Assembly (NCBI GenBank): GCA_003660975.1
Contig: QMVG01000001.1
Coordinates: 64,001 to 128,000 of the forward strand
Length of the DNA: 64,000 nucleotides
Direction of reading: 5' to 3'
DNA from: Candidatus Micrarchaeota archaeon
Lineage (GTDB): Archaea > B1Sed10-29 > B47-G15
Shown piece after piece: positions 50,250 to 59,144 of the stretch (position 1 is its first letter; every line of letters starts with the position of its first letter). A model generated the notes under the pieces. The model ran no database searches. It saw nothing but the letters and a program-made list of their open reading frames with translations, and was not told the origin of the DNA. Made by a program: the position numbers and the translations under genes.

Positions 50250-51106
50250 AGCTGGAAAGCGGTTTGATTCTGGTTGACAAAGCAAAAGGCCCAACAAGCC
50301 AACAGCTTAGTTTATGGCTAAAGGACATATTAAAGAAGAAAGTGTGCCATGTCGGAACATTAGACCCGTTTGCTTCAGGCATACTTCCGATCCTTTTTGG
50401 CAAAGGAATAAAGCTGCAGGAGTACATGCAAAAGCACAGGAAGGAGTATCATTTCATTGTGGAGATGGAAAGACCTATACCTCGTGCAGACCTGGAGAGC
50501 GTTTTGAAAGAGTTTGAAGGCAAAATTTACCAGAAACCACCGAAAATTAGCGCAGTTGCAAAGCGCCTGCGCACAAGAAAAATATACTATCTGGAATTGC
50601 TTGAGCTTGAAGGTAGATACGCATTGCTGAAAATGGGCTGCCAACACGGCACATATGTGAGGAAGTTGGTTGATGACCTGTCAATAATCTTAGGTCTGCC
50701 AATGAGATTACTTGAATTGAGAAGGACAAAAGTAGAGCAGTTTTCAGAAAAAGACGCTGTAATACTGCAAAAAGTGGTTGATGCGATAAAGCTTTTTAAT
50801 GATGGCTTTGAAGATGCCATAAAAGGAGTCGTTAAACCTTTGTCAGAGGGGGTAAAGCACCTCCCATCTGTTAGTGTTAAGGAAAGTGCTATTAAAAGTA
50901 TAACAAATGGCATGCCTATAGCAGCGCCTGCTATTGAATCCATGAAAGGAGACATAAGAAAAGGCAGGCCTGTTGCTGTATTCTCAGGTAATGATTTGAT
51001 AGCAATGGGAATTGCTTTAAAGGACAGGGAAGAAATAAGTGCCTTAAAAAAAGGCCTTGTCGTGAAAACTGATAAGGTTCTGGTTGAAAGAAAGATTTAT
51101 AAATAA
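50246..51106 (+). CDS. cbf5: pseudouridine synthase Cbf5/TruB with PUA domain
   Basis: HVGTLDP, YQKPP.ISAV, GTYVRKL and ELRRT motifs. Confidence 0.92.
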   Translation: MKLESGLILVDKAKGPTSQQLSLWLKDILKKKVCHVGTLDPFASGILPILFGKGIKLQEYMQKHRKEYHFIVEMERPIPRADLESVLKEFEGKIYQKPPKISAVAKRLRTRKIYYLELLELEGRYALLKMGCQHGTYVRKLVDDLSIILGLPMRLLELRRTKVEQFSEKDAVILQKVVDAIKLFNDGFEDAIKGVVKPLSEGVKHLPSVSVKESAIKSITNGMPIAAPAIESMKGDIRKGRPVAVFSGNDLIAMGIALKDREEISALKKGLVVKTDKVLVERKIYK

Positions 51107-51144
51107 CATAAATCAGAATAGAAGCAATTGTTTTTGAGAAAAAA

Positions 51145-51175
51145 CTAGGCGAGCCGTAAAGGCCATGACCTCTAG
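51145..51175 (+). promoter_or_regulatory. putative kink-turn in the rps13 operon leader
   Basis: C-stem GCC/GGC, 3-nt bulge CAT, tandem G.A/A.G pairs, outer stem CTAG/CTAG. Confidence 0.5.
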
Positions 51176-51204
51176 CCAATGAATCTCATTTGTCTGGTGA
51201 AACA

Positions 51205-51717
51205 ATGGCAGAATTTAGAGGCCGGTTAAGGATTGTAGGCAAAGATGTAGATGGCAATTTGCCTCTTCCGAAGGCATTAGCAAAGATAACTGGAATAGGA
51301 AGCAATCTAGCTGACAGCATTTCAATAGTCGCTTCCAATGTGATGAAGATAAACAAATTGGAAAAAATAGGCAATCTTACAGACGAGCAGGTTGAGATTT
51401 TAGAAAAAATCATTACAAACCCACTTGAATATGGTATCCCTGAATGGGCACTTAACAGAAGAAAGGACCCATTCACAAATGAGACCAAACACCTGGTAGA
51501 AGTTGACTACAAGCTTCAGAAAAAAGTAGACTCTGAACATGAAAAGGAGATAAGGTCATATAGGGGAATAAGGTACATGTTTAACTTACCTGTCAGAGGA
51601 CAAAGGACAAAAACGACCCACGGGCAGAAAGGTAAAACTATTGGAGTAAGCAGAAAGAAACAACAGCCGGCTAAGAAAAAGAAGCAGCAATCAGGAGGGA
51701 CAAAGAAAAAGAAGTGA
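51205..51717 (+). CDS. rps13: 30S ribosomal protein uS13
   Basis: IPEWALNRRKD, SYRGIR and LPVRGQRT motifs. Confidence 0.95.
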   Translation: MAEFRGRLRIVGKDVDGNLPLPKALAKITGIGSNLADSISIVASNVMKINKLEKIGNLTDEQVEILEKIITNPLEYGIPEWALNRRKDPFTNETKHLVEVDYKLQKKVDSEHEKEIRSYRGIRYMFNLPVRGQRTKTTHGQKGKTIGVSRKKQQPAKKKKQQSGGTKKKK

Positions 51718-51722
51718 TGTGA

Positions 51723-52367
51723 ATGGGAGACCCTAGAAGATTTAGGAAGAAATATGAAAGCCCAAAACACCCATGGGAGAAAAGCAGGATTGAGGAAGAG
51801 AACAAAATAAGAAAGGAATATGCTTTAAAAAGCAAAAAGGAAATTTGGCGGGCGAAGACAATTATAAAAAAGTACAGACATCAAGCCAGGCAATTGGTGG
51901 GGTTGCCAGCAAATGAAAGGGCTGAAAAAGAGAAGAAGCTTATTGAGAAACTACAAAAGATTGGTTTGCTCGGAAGCTCTGCAACACTTGACGATATTCT
52001 TTCACTTAAGGTTGAGGATTTGTTAGAAAGAAGGTTGCAAACAATTGTATGGAAAAAGGGGCTTGCTAGAACAGCGAAACAGGCGAGGCAGTTTATAGTG
52101 CACGGCCACATTGCTGTAAATGGAAGGAAAGTAACTGTTCCTGGGATGATAATAGACACAGAGCTTGAAAAGAAAGTCACATGGTACAAAAAACCAATAA
52201 TAACAGAAACTGCGAAAATAGAAACAATCGAACCAAGCGAGACGATAGAGAAGATAGCCGAGGAAGCTGGAGAAACTGAGCAAGAGAAAGAAGCAGCAGA
52301 GGAAATCTTAAAGACTTCTGGAAAAAGCGAAACTATAAAACACATTGCAAAAGAAGGTGGGAAGTAA
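51723..52367 (+). CDS. rps4: 30S ribosomal protein uS4
   Basis: MGDP, LERRLQT and [10 protein letters not shown] motifs. Confidence 0.95.
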   Translation: MGDPRRFRKKYESPKHPWEKSRIEEENKIRKEYALKSKKEIWRAKTIIKKYRHQARQLVGLPANERAEKEKKLIEKLQKIGLLGSSATLDDILSLKVEDLLERRLQTIVWKKGLARTAKQARQFIVHGHIAVNGRKVTVPGMIIDTELEKKVTWYKKPIITETAKIETIEPSETIEKIAEEAGETEQEKEAAEEILKTSGKSETIKHIAKEGGK

Positions 52368-52750
52368 TGGAACACTGGGGCATAGCACATGTTTATTCAT
52401 CAAAGAACAATACTATAATTACTGTTACTGATCTCACTGGAGCCGAAACCATAGCCAAGTGTTCTGGCGGTATGGTAGTGGACAGCGACAGAAAAGAGGG
52501 CAGCCCGTACGCCGCGATGATGGCTGCTCAGAGGGTTGCGGAGATATGCAAAAGCAAGGGAATTGTAGGCCTTCATATTTATGTGCGGGCTCCTGGAGGA
52601 CATAAGAGCAAGATACCTGGCCAGGGGGCTCAGGCAGCGATAAGAGCTCTCGCCAGAAGCGGTTTAAGGATAGGTAGAATTGAAGATGTAACTCCAATAC
52701 CACATGACACCACCAGAAAACCAGGGGGTAAGAGAGGTAGAAGATTATGA
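52367..52750 (+). CDS. rps11: 30S ribosomal protein uS11
   Basis: [15 protein letters not shown] and [10 protein letters not shown] motifs. Confidence 0.96.
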   Translation: MEHWGIAHVYSSKNNTIITVTDLTGAETIAKCSGGMVVDSDRKEGSPYAAMMAAQRVAEICKSKGIVGLHIYVRAPGGHKSKIPGQGAQAAIRALARSGLRIGRIEDVTPIPHDTTRKPGGKRGRRL

Positions 52751-53532
52751 AGATAGAGATACTGGAGTCAAAAGGCAATACGATGAGGTTTATACTAAGC
52801 AACGCGCCTCTATCACTTGCTAATGCACTAAGAAAAACCCTTTTAACTGAAATTCCTTGTTTAGCTATCCACGAAGTAGACATATTTGAAAACAGCTCTG
52901 TGGTCTTTGACGAGTACATTGCTCATAGGTTGGGGCAGATACCACTAATAACTCCAAAAACATATATACAAAGCCCGAGAGAGGTTATTTTTTCTTTGGA
53001 GGCAGAAGGCCCGAAAATGGTTTACACGAAGGACTTAAAAAGCTCTGACCCAAAGGTGAAGCCAGTTTATGACAACATGCCTCTTATCCAGTTAGGCAGG
53101 GGGCAGAGAATCCGTTTGGAAGCAAAAGCAGTAATAGGTAGAGCAAAAGACCATGCAAAATGGCAGGCATGCATTGTTCATTATATAATGAAACCAGAAA
53201 TAAAGATAAGGCAGAGCAAGATAAAAGACCCTAAGATCTGTGCACAAGCTTGCCCGAGAAAAATATTGAAAGTGTCAAAGGGCAAATTAGAGGTGACTGA
53301 TGAAACAAAGTGCATCTCCTGCATGGAGTGCGTAAAAGCTTGTGGAGAGGATGCTATAGAGGTAAAGCACAGCAACAAGGACTTCATATTCACTGTTGAA
53401 TCGTTTGGGAATATGAAGGTAAAAGAGCTGCTCAATGAAGCATTCAATGTGCTGAGCCAAAAGCTTGATGACTTCAGCAAAGAATTAAAGTCATGCGGGG
53501 ATGCCGGAGCCAGGTCAAACGGGCAAGGTTGA
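52747..53532 (+). CDS. rpoD: RNA polymerase subunit D (Rpo3) with ferredoxin-like Fe-S domain; 3' end overlaps tRNA-Leu
   Basis: [30 protein letters not shown] and [11 protein letters not shown] motifs. Confidence 0.94.
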   Translation: MKIEILESKGNTMRFILSNAPLSLANALRKTLLTEIPCLAIHEVDIFENSSVVFDEYIAHRLGQIPLITPKTYIQSPREVIFSLEAEGPKMVYTKDLKSSDPKVKPVYDNMPLIQLGRGQRIRLEAKAVIGRAKDHAKWQACIVHYIMKPEIKIRQSKIKDPKICAQACPRKILKVSKGKLEVTDETKCISCMECVKACGEDAIEVKHSNKDFIFTVESFGNMKVKELLNEAFNVLSQKLDDFSKELKSCGDAGARSNGQG

Positions 53533-53580
53533 GGGCCTTGTGGCTTAGTGCCTGCGCGCGTTCAAATCGCGTTCCCCGCA
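53495..53580 (+). tRNA. tRNA-Leu(GAG)
   Basis: Acceptor GCGGGGA/TCCCCGC, anticodon arm CAAGG-TT-GAG-GG-CCTTG, variable arm as in tRNA-Leu(TAA). Confidence 0.94.
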
Positions 53581-53599
53581 TCAACTTTGGTGGTATGAA

Positions 53600-53938
53600 A
53601 TGAAAAGAGGTACGACAAATCCGATCAAGAAAGCGCTTATAGTTGAACTGGAAAGGAGCAAAAGACCTGTATGGAAGGTCATAGCTGAAAAGCTGAGAAA
53701 ACCTAGGAGAAAATCCATAAAAGTAAATCTATGGAAAGTAAATAAGCTTACATCAGATGGAGACACAGTGATAATACCTGGAAAGGTGTTAGGAATGGGA
53801 GAGGTAGAACACAACGTTACAGTTGCTGCATTTTCCTTCTCAGAGTCAGCCAGAAAAAAATTAGGCAAAAAGGCAATAACAATAGCCGAATTGCTTAAGA
53901 AAAATCCGGAGGGAAAGAACATTAAAATAATACAGTGA
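53600..53938 (+). CDS. rpl18e: 50S ribosomal protein eL18
   Basis: TNP, VNL.K, PGKVLG and FSFS motifs. Confidence 0.94.
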   Translation: MKRGTTNPIKKALIVELERSKRPVWKVIAEKLRKPRRKSIKVNLWKVNKLTSDGDTVIIPGKVLGMGEVEHNVTVAAFSFSESARKKLGKKAITIAELLKKNPEGKNIKIIQ

Positions 53939-53943
53939 TGCTC

Positions 53944-54372
53944 ATGAAAGTAATTGATGCTGAAAACGCCGTGCTTGGAAGATTATCCACATATGTTGCT
54001 AAAGAAGTGCTGAAAGGAGAGGAGATAAGAATAGTAAATGCTGAGAAAGCGATAGTAACAGGCACAGACAAGAAGAGCATTTTGGAAAGGTATAAACACA
54101 AGATGAATCTGAGAAATATCGCCAACCCGAGAAAAAGCCCTAAATTCTCAAGAAGGCCGGACATATTGGTAAGAAAAACTGTATGGGGAATGCTCCCTCA
54201 CAATAAAAGAGGCAGAGAAGCCTACAAAAGAGTGAAAGTTTACTTAAAAGTGCCAAAAGAATTGGAGAAAAGTGAAAAGAAAAAGATTGCACAGTTTAAA
54301 GAGAAAGAAAGAAAGGTAAGAAAAATGACTGTTCTTGAAATTTGCAAGGAACTTGGATGGAGGCCTGCATAA
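53944..54372 (+). CDS. rpl13: 50S ribosomal protein uL13
   Basis: VLGRLST, NAEKA and GMLP motifs. Confidence 0.94.
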   Translation: MKVIDAENAVLGRLSTYVAKEVLKGEEIRIVNAEKAIVTGTDKKSILERYKHKMNLRNIANPRKSPKFSRRPDILVRKTVWGMLPHNKRGREAYKRVKVYLKVPKELEKSEKKKIAQFKEKERKVRKMTVLEICKELGWRPA

Positions 54373-54797
54373 TGCCAAAGAAGATGAAAGTTGTAATCAC
54401 AAAAGGAAGGAAAAAGATGGCGATGGCAAGAGCCAGGGTAAAGAAAGGCTTGAGTTCAATAAAAATAAATGGTAAGTCCTTGGATGTTATAGAACCAAAA
54501 CTAGCAAGGCTTGTCATAGAAGAGCCATTGATAATTGCAAAAGAGCTTCTTGGAGAAAAGGTCTTAGACTCGCTGGACATAGATGTTAATGTGAGTGGTG
54601 GAGGGGTAATGGGCCAAGCATATGCAGTTAGGACTGCCATAGGAAAGGCCTTAGTCCAGTGGACAGGCAGCGAAGATTTAAAGAAAAAATATTTAGAATA
54701 TGACAGAACGCTTATAATTGATGATGTTCGTGTAAAAGAACCAAAGAAGTACCTTAGGAAAGGTGCTAGGGCAAAACCAACCAAATCATATAGGTGA
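54372..54797 (+). CDS. rps9: 30S ribosomal protein uS9
   Basis: GRKK, VSGGGVMGQA, YDRTL and terminal KSYR. Confidence 0.95.
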   Translation: MPKKMKVVITKGRKKMAMARARVKKGLSSIKINGKSLDVIEPKLARLVIEEPLIIAKELLGEKVLDSLDIDVNVSGGGVMGQAYAVRTAIGKALVQWTGSEDLKKKYLEYDRTLIIDDVRVKEPKKYLRKGARAKPTKSYR

Positions 54798-54801
54798 GAA
54801 C

Positions 54802-54996
54802 ATGTTAATACCAATACGTTGCTTTTCGTGTGGAAGACCGATTGCCCAACACTGGGAAGTATATAAAAGTAGGATTGAAAAGGGCGAAGATCCTGGCAAG
54901 GTACTTGATGACCTTGGAGTGCACAGTTACTGTTGTAGAAGGATGTTCATAGGACATAGAGATATAATGCCGAAGCTCCTAGATTATAGCATATAA
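54802..54996 (+). CDS. rpoN: RNA polymerase subunit N (Rpo10)
   Basis: MLIPIRCFSCG and YCCRRM motifs. Confidence 0.96.
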   Translation: MLIPIRCFSCGRPIAQHWEVYKSRIEKGEDPGKVLDDLGVHSYCCRRMFIGHRDIMPKLLDYSI

Positions 54997-55111
54997 GGGG
55001 CCATAGGGTAGCCTGGTCCATCCCCCCAGCTTGGGGTGCTGGTAACCCGAGTTCAAAAAGAGGGGCCCCACTCAGGAGAGAGGACCTCTCTTGAAAATCT
55101 CGGTGGCCCCA
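54997..55111 (+). tRNA. tRNA-Pro(GGG) with non-canonical 40-nt intron at 59/60 (55058-55097)
   Basis: Anticodon arm CCAGC-TT-GGG-GT-GCTGG. Strict BHB in the T-arm; removing the intron restores CCGAG-TTCAAAT-CTCGG. Confidence 0.92.
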
Positions 55112-55125
55112 TCACGTGATAACTT

Positions 55126-56361
55126 ATGAAGATTGACAAGATAGAGCTTAAGCCTGCATACGACTCCAGAGGAAGACTTACTGTTGAGGCGGTCGTCTAC
55201 TCTGGTAAAAAATCTGCTTCTGCAAAAAGCCCGCACGGCACCAGCAGTGGCAGCTACGAAGTGGAACACCTCCCAGAAGGGGAAATAAGCATAGCAGAGG
55301 CAAAGCGAGCTTTACTTCCACAATTACTGAACAGAGAATTCCAAAAGCAGAGCGATATTGACGAAGCAATGAAGAAAATTGATGGGAGCCAGAACTTGTC
55401 TAGGTTTGGAGGTGCAGTCATACTAGCTATCTCCCTCGCTGCAGCAAAGTTGGCAGCAAAATTGGAAAAAAAGCAGTTGTTTGAGTACCTCAGTGACTCT
55501 GAGCAATATGCGATGCCATACCCTCTTGGCAAGTGTATAGGTGGTGGGGTTCATGGCAGAAAAAATTCTCCAGAGATACAGGAATTTCTCGTGCTGCCTC
55601 TTGGAGCAAAGAACATAAGGGAAGCTATAAGTATCAACAATGACGTTCATAAGAAGACGCTTGAAGAGATATTGAAAAGGTATCCAAAATTTGACAAAAA
55701 GCTTGATTTTGAGGGTGGTTGGAATCCCCCCATTAGCAATGAAGAGGCCCTTGATGTACTAACAGCCGCTGTTGAGCAGATTTCGGATGAAAGAAATGCG
55801 GACATTAGAATTGGCATTGATATGGCAGCTAGTGAATATTTCAATGGCAGGTATTATGTATACAAAAGAGAGAAACAAGAATTTAATAAAAAGGAGCAGT
55901 TTGAGTATGTAAGCAAGCTGATAAAGGATTACAAGCTGTTTTATGTTGAGGACCCTTTTGAGGAGAATGACTTCAAAAATCATGCAAAACTGTCAAGGAA
56001 ATTTAGAAATACTTTAATAGTGGGAGATGACCTGTTTACAACAAACAGCAAGAGATTAAGAGAAGGCATAAAGGAAAAGGCTTGCAATGGCATCATAATA
56101 AAACCAAACCAAATAGGCACTGTTACTGACACATACAAAACAGTTAAACTGGCAAAAAAACATTCATATGTTCCTGTCATATCACATAGGTCTGGTGAAA
56201 CCGATGATGCTAGTATATCTCACATGGCAGTTGCTTGGAATATCCCAATAATCAAAATAGGGATTTTAGGAAGAGAAAGGATTGTCAAATTAAAAGAATT
56301 GGTGGAGATTGATAGATACCTTAAAAAGGTGGGGATGAATAATATTTACTTAAAAAATTGA
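55126..56361 (+). CDS. eno: enolase
   Basis: DSRG, IQEF, EDPF, VGDDL, KPNQIGT and SHRSGET motifs. Confidence 0.93.
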   Translation: MKIDKIELKPAYDSRGRLTVEAVVYSGKKSASAKSPHGTSSGSYEVEHLPEGEISIAEAKRALLPQLLNREFQKQSDIDEAMKKIDGSQNLSRFGGAVILAISLAAAKLAAKLEKKQLFEYLSDSEQYAMPYPLGKCIGGGVHGRKNSPEIQEFLVLPLGAKNIREAISINNDVHKKTLEEILKRYPKFDKKLDFEGGWNPPISNEEALDVLTAAVEQISDERNADIRIGIDMAASEYFNGRYYVYKREKQEFNKKEQFEYVSKLIKDYKLFYVEDPFEENDFKNHAKLSRKFRNTLIVGDDLFTTNSKRLREGIKEKACNGIIIKPNQIGTVTDTYKTVKLAKKHSYVPVISHRSGETDDASISHMAVAWNIPIIKIGILGRERIVKLKELVEIDRYLKKVGMNNIYLKN

Positions 56362-56402
56362 AGGCCCCTCTTGCTTTTTGAAGGGGTAGAGAGGTGAAAA
56401 AT

Positions 56403-57050
56403 ATGGTTGAAAAAAACGAAGAACTCTTGGTGCCGGTAGAAAAGTACCTGGAAACAGGTGCACATATTGGCAGCAAATATCGCTCTGGTGATATGAAGAA
56501 GTTTATTTACAAGTGCAGAAACGACGGTCTCTGTGTGCTGGACATAACAACACTTGACAGAAGGATAAGAATAGCTGCTAATTTCATATCTCAGTACCCG
56601 CCAGAGAAGGTCTTGGTTGTTGCTGGGAGAACCTATGCACAGAAACCTGCCAAAAAGTTCTCAGAGCTTGTTGGCACGAAATGTGTTGTAGGGAGGTTTG
56701 TTCCAGGAACATTAACAAACCCAAACAACGAAAATTTTATTGAACCAGAGCTTGTTTTCGTTGGAGACCCTCCAGTAGACAGGCAGGCAATAAAAGAAGC
56801 AGTCAAAGCAAGAGTGCCCGTAATAAGCCTATGTGATACAAGCAACAGCTTAAAAAACATAGATCTGGTAATTCCAATGAACAATAAAGGAAAGAAAGCA
56901 CTGGCTTTAGTTTATTGGTTGCTTGCCAGAGAGGTTTTGCTAAAAAGAGGGAATATAAAAAGCTATAAAGAGTTTAATTATAAGATAGAGGACTTTATGT
57001 CTGGATATGAGGATAGAGGTGAGAAGAAGGTCAGAGGGCGTAGAAAATGA
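56403..57050 (+). CDS. rps2: 30S ribosomal protein uS2
   Basis: GAHIG, GRFVPGTLTNP and IPMNNKG motifs. Confidence 0.95.
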   Translation: MVEKNEELLVPVEKYLETGAHIGSKYRSGDMKKFIYKCRNDGLCVLDITTLDRRIRIAANFISQYPPEKVLVVAGRTYAQKPAKKFSELVGTKCVVGRFVPGTLTNPNNENFIEPELVFVGDPPVDRQAIKEAVKARVPVISLCDTSNSLKNIDLVIPMNNKGKKALALVYWLLAREVLLKRGNIKSYKEFNYKIEDFMSGYEDRGEKKVRGRRK

Positions 57051-57847
57051 AACGCTTTCCAGCTGTAGCAGGCCAGTTTTATCCCCATGATGCTGCTGAG
57101 CTGGAGGCTTTTGTAAGGAAAGTGATGGAGCAGGCGTTTGTAGAAGCACGGGAGAGACCAGTAGCTCTTATATCTCCACATGCAGGTTATATCTACTCTG
57201 GACAGACTGCAGCATATTCATATAAATTGCTCTCTGCGTTTGATTTTAAAAACGCCATAATTATATCCCCAAACCATACAGGGCTTGGAGTTCCTGTTTC
57301 TATATTTCCAGAGGGAGAGTGGATAACCCCCTTGGGAAGCCTGAAGGTAAATGAGGAGATAGCAAAGAAAATCGCTTCCTCATTTAAGGCAGATGTGGAA
57401 GCACACCTTATGGAGCATGCCGTTGAGGTTCAGCTTCCATTCCTGCAGGCCATCAGGAAAGATGTAAAAATAGTCCCAATTACAGTAATGGACCAATCTC
57501 TTGATACAATGAAAGAATTGGGAAAAGTGCTTGCCAGTTGCCTAAACCCGAAAACAGATATTGTGATAGCAAGCACTGACTTCTCGCATTATATCCCTGA
57601 TGATGAGGCCAGAGAAAGGGACTCAAAAGCAATATCAGCGATAGAGAGGCTTGATGAAGACTTACTCTATGAATACCTGAAAAAATATGATATTTCTATG
57701 TGTGGCTATGGTGGCGTTGCAGCAGCAATGCTTTATGCAAAGGAGAAGAACGCCAAAAAGGCCAAGTTGCTTTATTACGACACATCTGCAACTGCTTCGG
57801 GGGATAAATCAGCTGTTGTGGGATACGCTGCCATGTATATGTATTAG
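57047..57847 (+). CDS. MEMO1 / AmmeMemoRadiSam protein B
   Basis: PAVAGQFYP, PHAGYIYSG, EHAVEVQLPFLQ, STDFSHY and SMCGYG motifs. Confidence 0.92.
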   Translation: MKRFPAVAGQFYPHDAAELEAFVRKVMEQAFVEARERPVALISPHAGYIYSGQTAAYSYKLLSAFDFKNAIIISPNHTGLGVPVSIFPEGEWITPLGSLKVNEEIAKKIASSFKADVEAHLMEHAVEVQLPFLQAIRKDVKIVPITVMDQSLDTMKELGKVLASCLNPKTDIVIASTDFSHYIPDDEARERDSKAISAIERLDEDLLYEYLKKYDISMCGYGGVAAAMLYAKEKNAKKAKLLYYDTSATASGDKSAVVGYAAMYMY

Positions 57848-57875
57848 AAGAGCTATGGCTAAAAAGGGATGTAAA

Positions 57876-59072
57876 ATGAAGGACATAATATTAAAGCACG
57901 CACTAAGAAATGCCGTGCTGCACGGGGGTAAGGCCAATGTCAACGCTGTTCTCAATAAGGTCTTGGGAGAGCTTGAAAAAAAAGACATAGCACAGGTAGG
58001 CAAGCAAGTGAAAAAGGTTGTTGAAGAAGTAAACAGAATGTCTGTTAAAGAGCAAAGGGAAAAACTTTTGGAGATGTGGCCCAATGCTCTTGAGAAGAAG
58101 GTTGAGGATAAGAAAGCTTTGAAACCGCTCCCAGGAGACACGAGCCATGTTGTGCTCAGGATAGCTCCAAATCCAAACGCTCCTCTTCATCTCGGAGCAT
58201 CAAGGGGCGTAGTGATAAATGGAGAATATGCAAAGCTTTACAATGGGAAATTTATCTTAAGGCTTGATGACACAGACCCCTCTATAAAAAAACCGCTGCC
58301 TGAAGCATATGAATGGATTCCAGAAGATGTCAGGTGGCTCGGCTATAACGATTTTGAACTTGTTATAGCAAGCGATAGGATGGAGATATATTATGAATAT
58401 GCAGAGAAGCTTATTGATATTGGGGGAGCATATACCTGTACCTGCCCAAGAGAGCGCTTTGCTGAGTATAAGAGAAAAGGCATTGAATGCCCTTGCAGAA
58501 AGAAAGAAAAAGAGCAGGTAATAAAAGAATGGAAAGACATGCTTGCAGGGAAATATAAAGAAGGGGAGATTGTGCTAAGAGTAAAAACAGACATGAAGCA
58601 TAAAAATCCAGGCCTGCGGGATTGGGTTGCATTTAGAATAAAGAAAGGTGAACATCCGAGGCAGGGAAACAAGTACATTGTGTGGCCTATGCTTGATTTT
58701 CAGTCAGCGATAGATGACCACTTACTAGGAATAAGCCATATCATAAGGGGAAAGGACCTAATGCACTCAACATTTAAGCAGAAATTGCTCTATGAAAAAT
58801 TTGGATGGACGTATCCGACAACCTTGTATTGGGGAAGAGTCAAGATTCACGAATTCGGCAAAGTCTCTAGTTCTGAAATAAGAAAAGGCATTGAAGAGGG
58901 AAAATATAGTGGCTGGGATGACCCACGCTTGCCCACATTGAGAGCGCTAAGAAAGAGAGGCATAAAAGCAGAGGCCATAAGGGAATTCTGGCTTGATATA
59001 GGTCTCAGCGAGAGGGACATATCAGCGTCAATGCAGATACTTGAAGCTATAAACCGAAAATATAATAAATGA
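57876..59072 (+). CDS. gltX: glutamate--tRNA ligase, lacking C-terminal anticodon-binding domains
   Basis: RIAPNPN..LHLG, LRLDDTDP, DDHLLGISHIIRGKD and GWDDPRLPTL motifs. 398 aa from ATG 57876. Confidence 0.9.
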   Translation: MKDIILKHALRNAVLHGGKANVNAVLNKVLGELEKKDIAQVGKQVKKVVEEVNRMSVKEQREKLLEMWPNALEKKVEDKKALKPLPGDTSHVVLRIAPNPNAPLHLGASRGVVINGEYAKLYNGKFILRLDDTDPSIKKPLPEAYEWIPEDVRWLGYNDFELVIASDRMEIYYEYAEKLIDIGGAYTCTCPRERFAEYKRKGIECPCRKKEKEQVIKEWKDMLAGKYKEGEIVLRVKTDMKHKNPGLRDWVAFRIKKGEHPRQGNKYIVWPMLDFQSAIDDHLLGISHIIRGKDLMHSTFKQKLLYEKFGWTYPTTLYWGRVKIHEFGKVSSSEIRKGIEEGKYSGWDDPRLPTLRALRKRGIKAEAIREFWLDIGLSERDISASMQILEAINRKYNK

Positions 59073-59112
59073 ATATGTAGAGAATATATGCAAAGCTCAT
59101 TCTTATGAATGA

Positions 59113-59141
59113 GAATATGCCAATGAAACGGAGGTGTATTC
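59113..59141 (+). promoter_or_regulatory. kink-loop over the SD of rpl7ae
   Basis: Stem GAATATGCC/GGTGTATTC closing AAT-GA-AACG-GA; contains GGAGGTG. Confidence 0.7.
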
Positions 59142-59144
59142 GAC

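Noticed and set aside
55126-56361. Enolase as an inactive pseudo-enzyme (SPHGTSSG, LDFEGG variants)
   Set aside because: The catalytic and metal-binding motifs (QEF, EGG, D, EDP, GDD, K, SHRS) appear to be retained.
55052-56382. Complementarity between the tRNA-Pro intron 5' end (AAGAGGGGCC) and 56363-56372
   Set aside because: Only about 10 nt match, and both segments have better local pairing partners. Probably chance.
57687-57875. Long N-terminal extension of gltX overlapping MEMO1
   Set aside because: It is an alternative-frame overlap. GluRS similarity starts at MKDIILKHALRNA.
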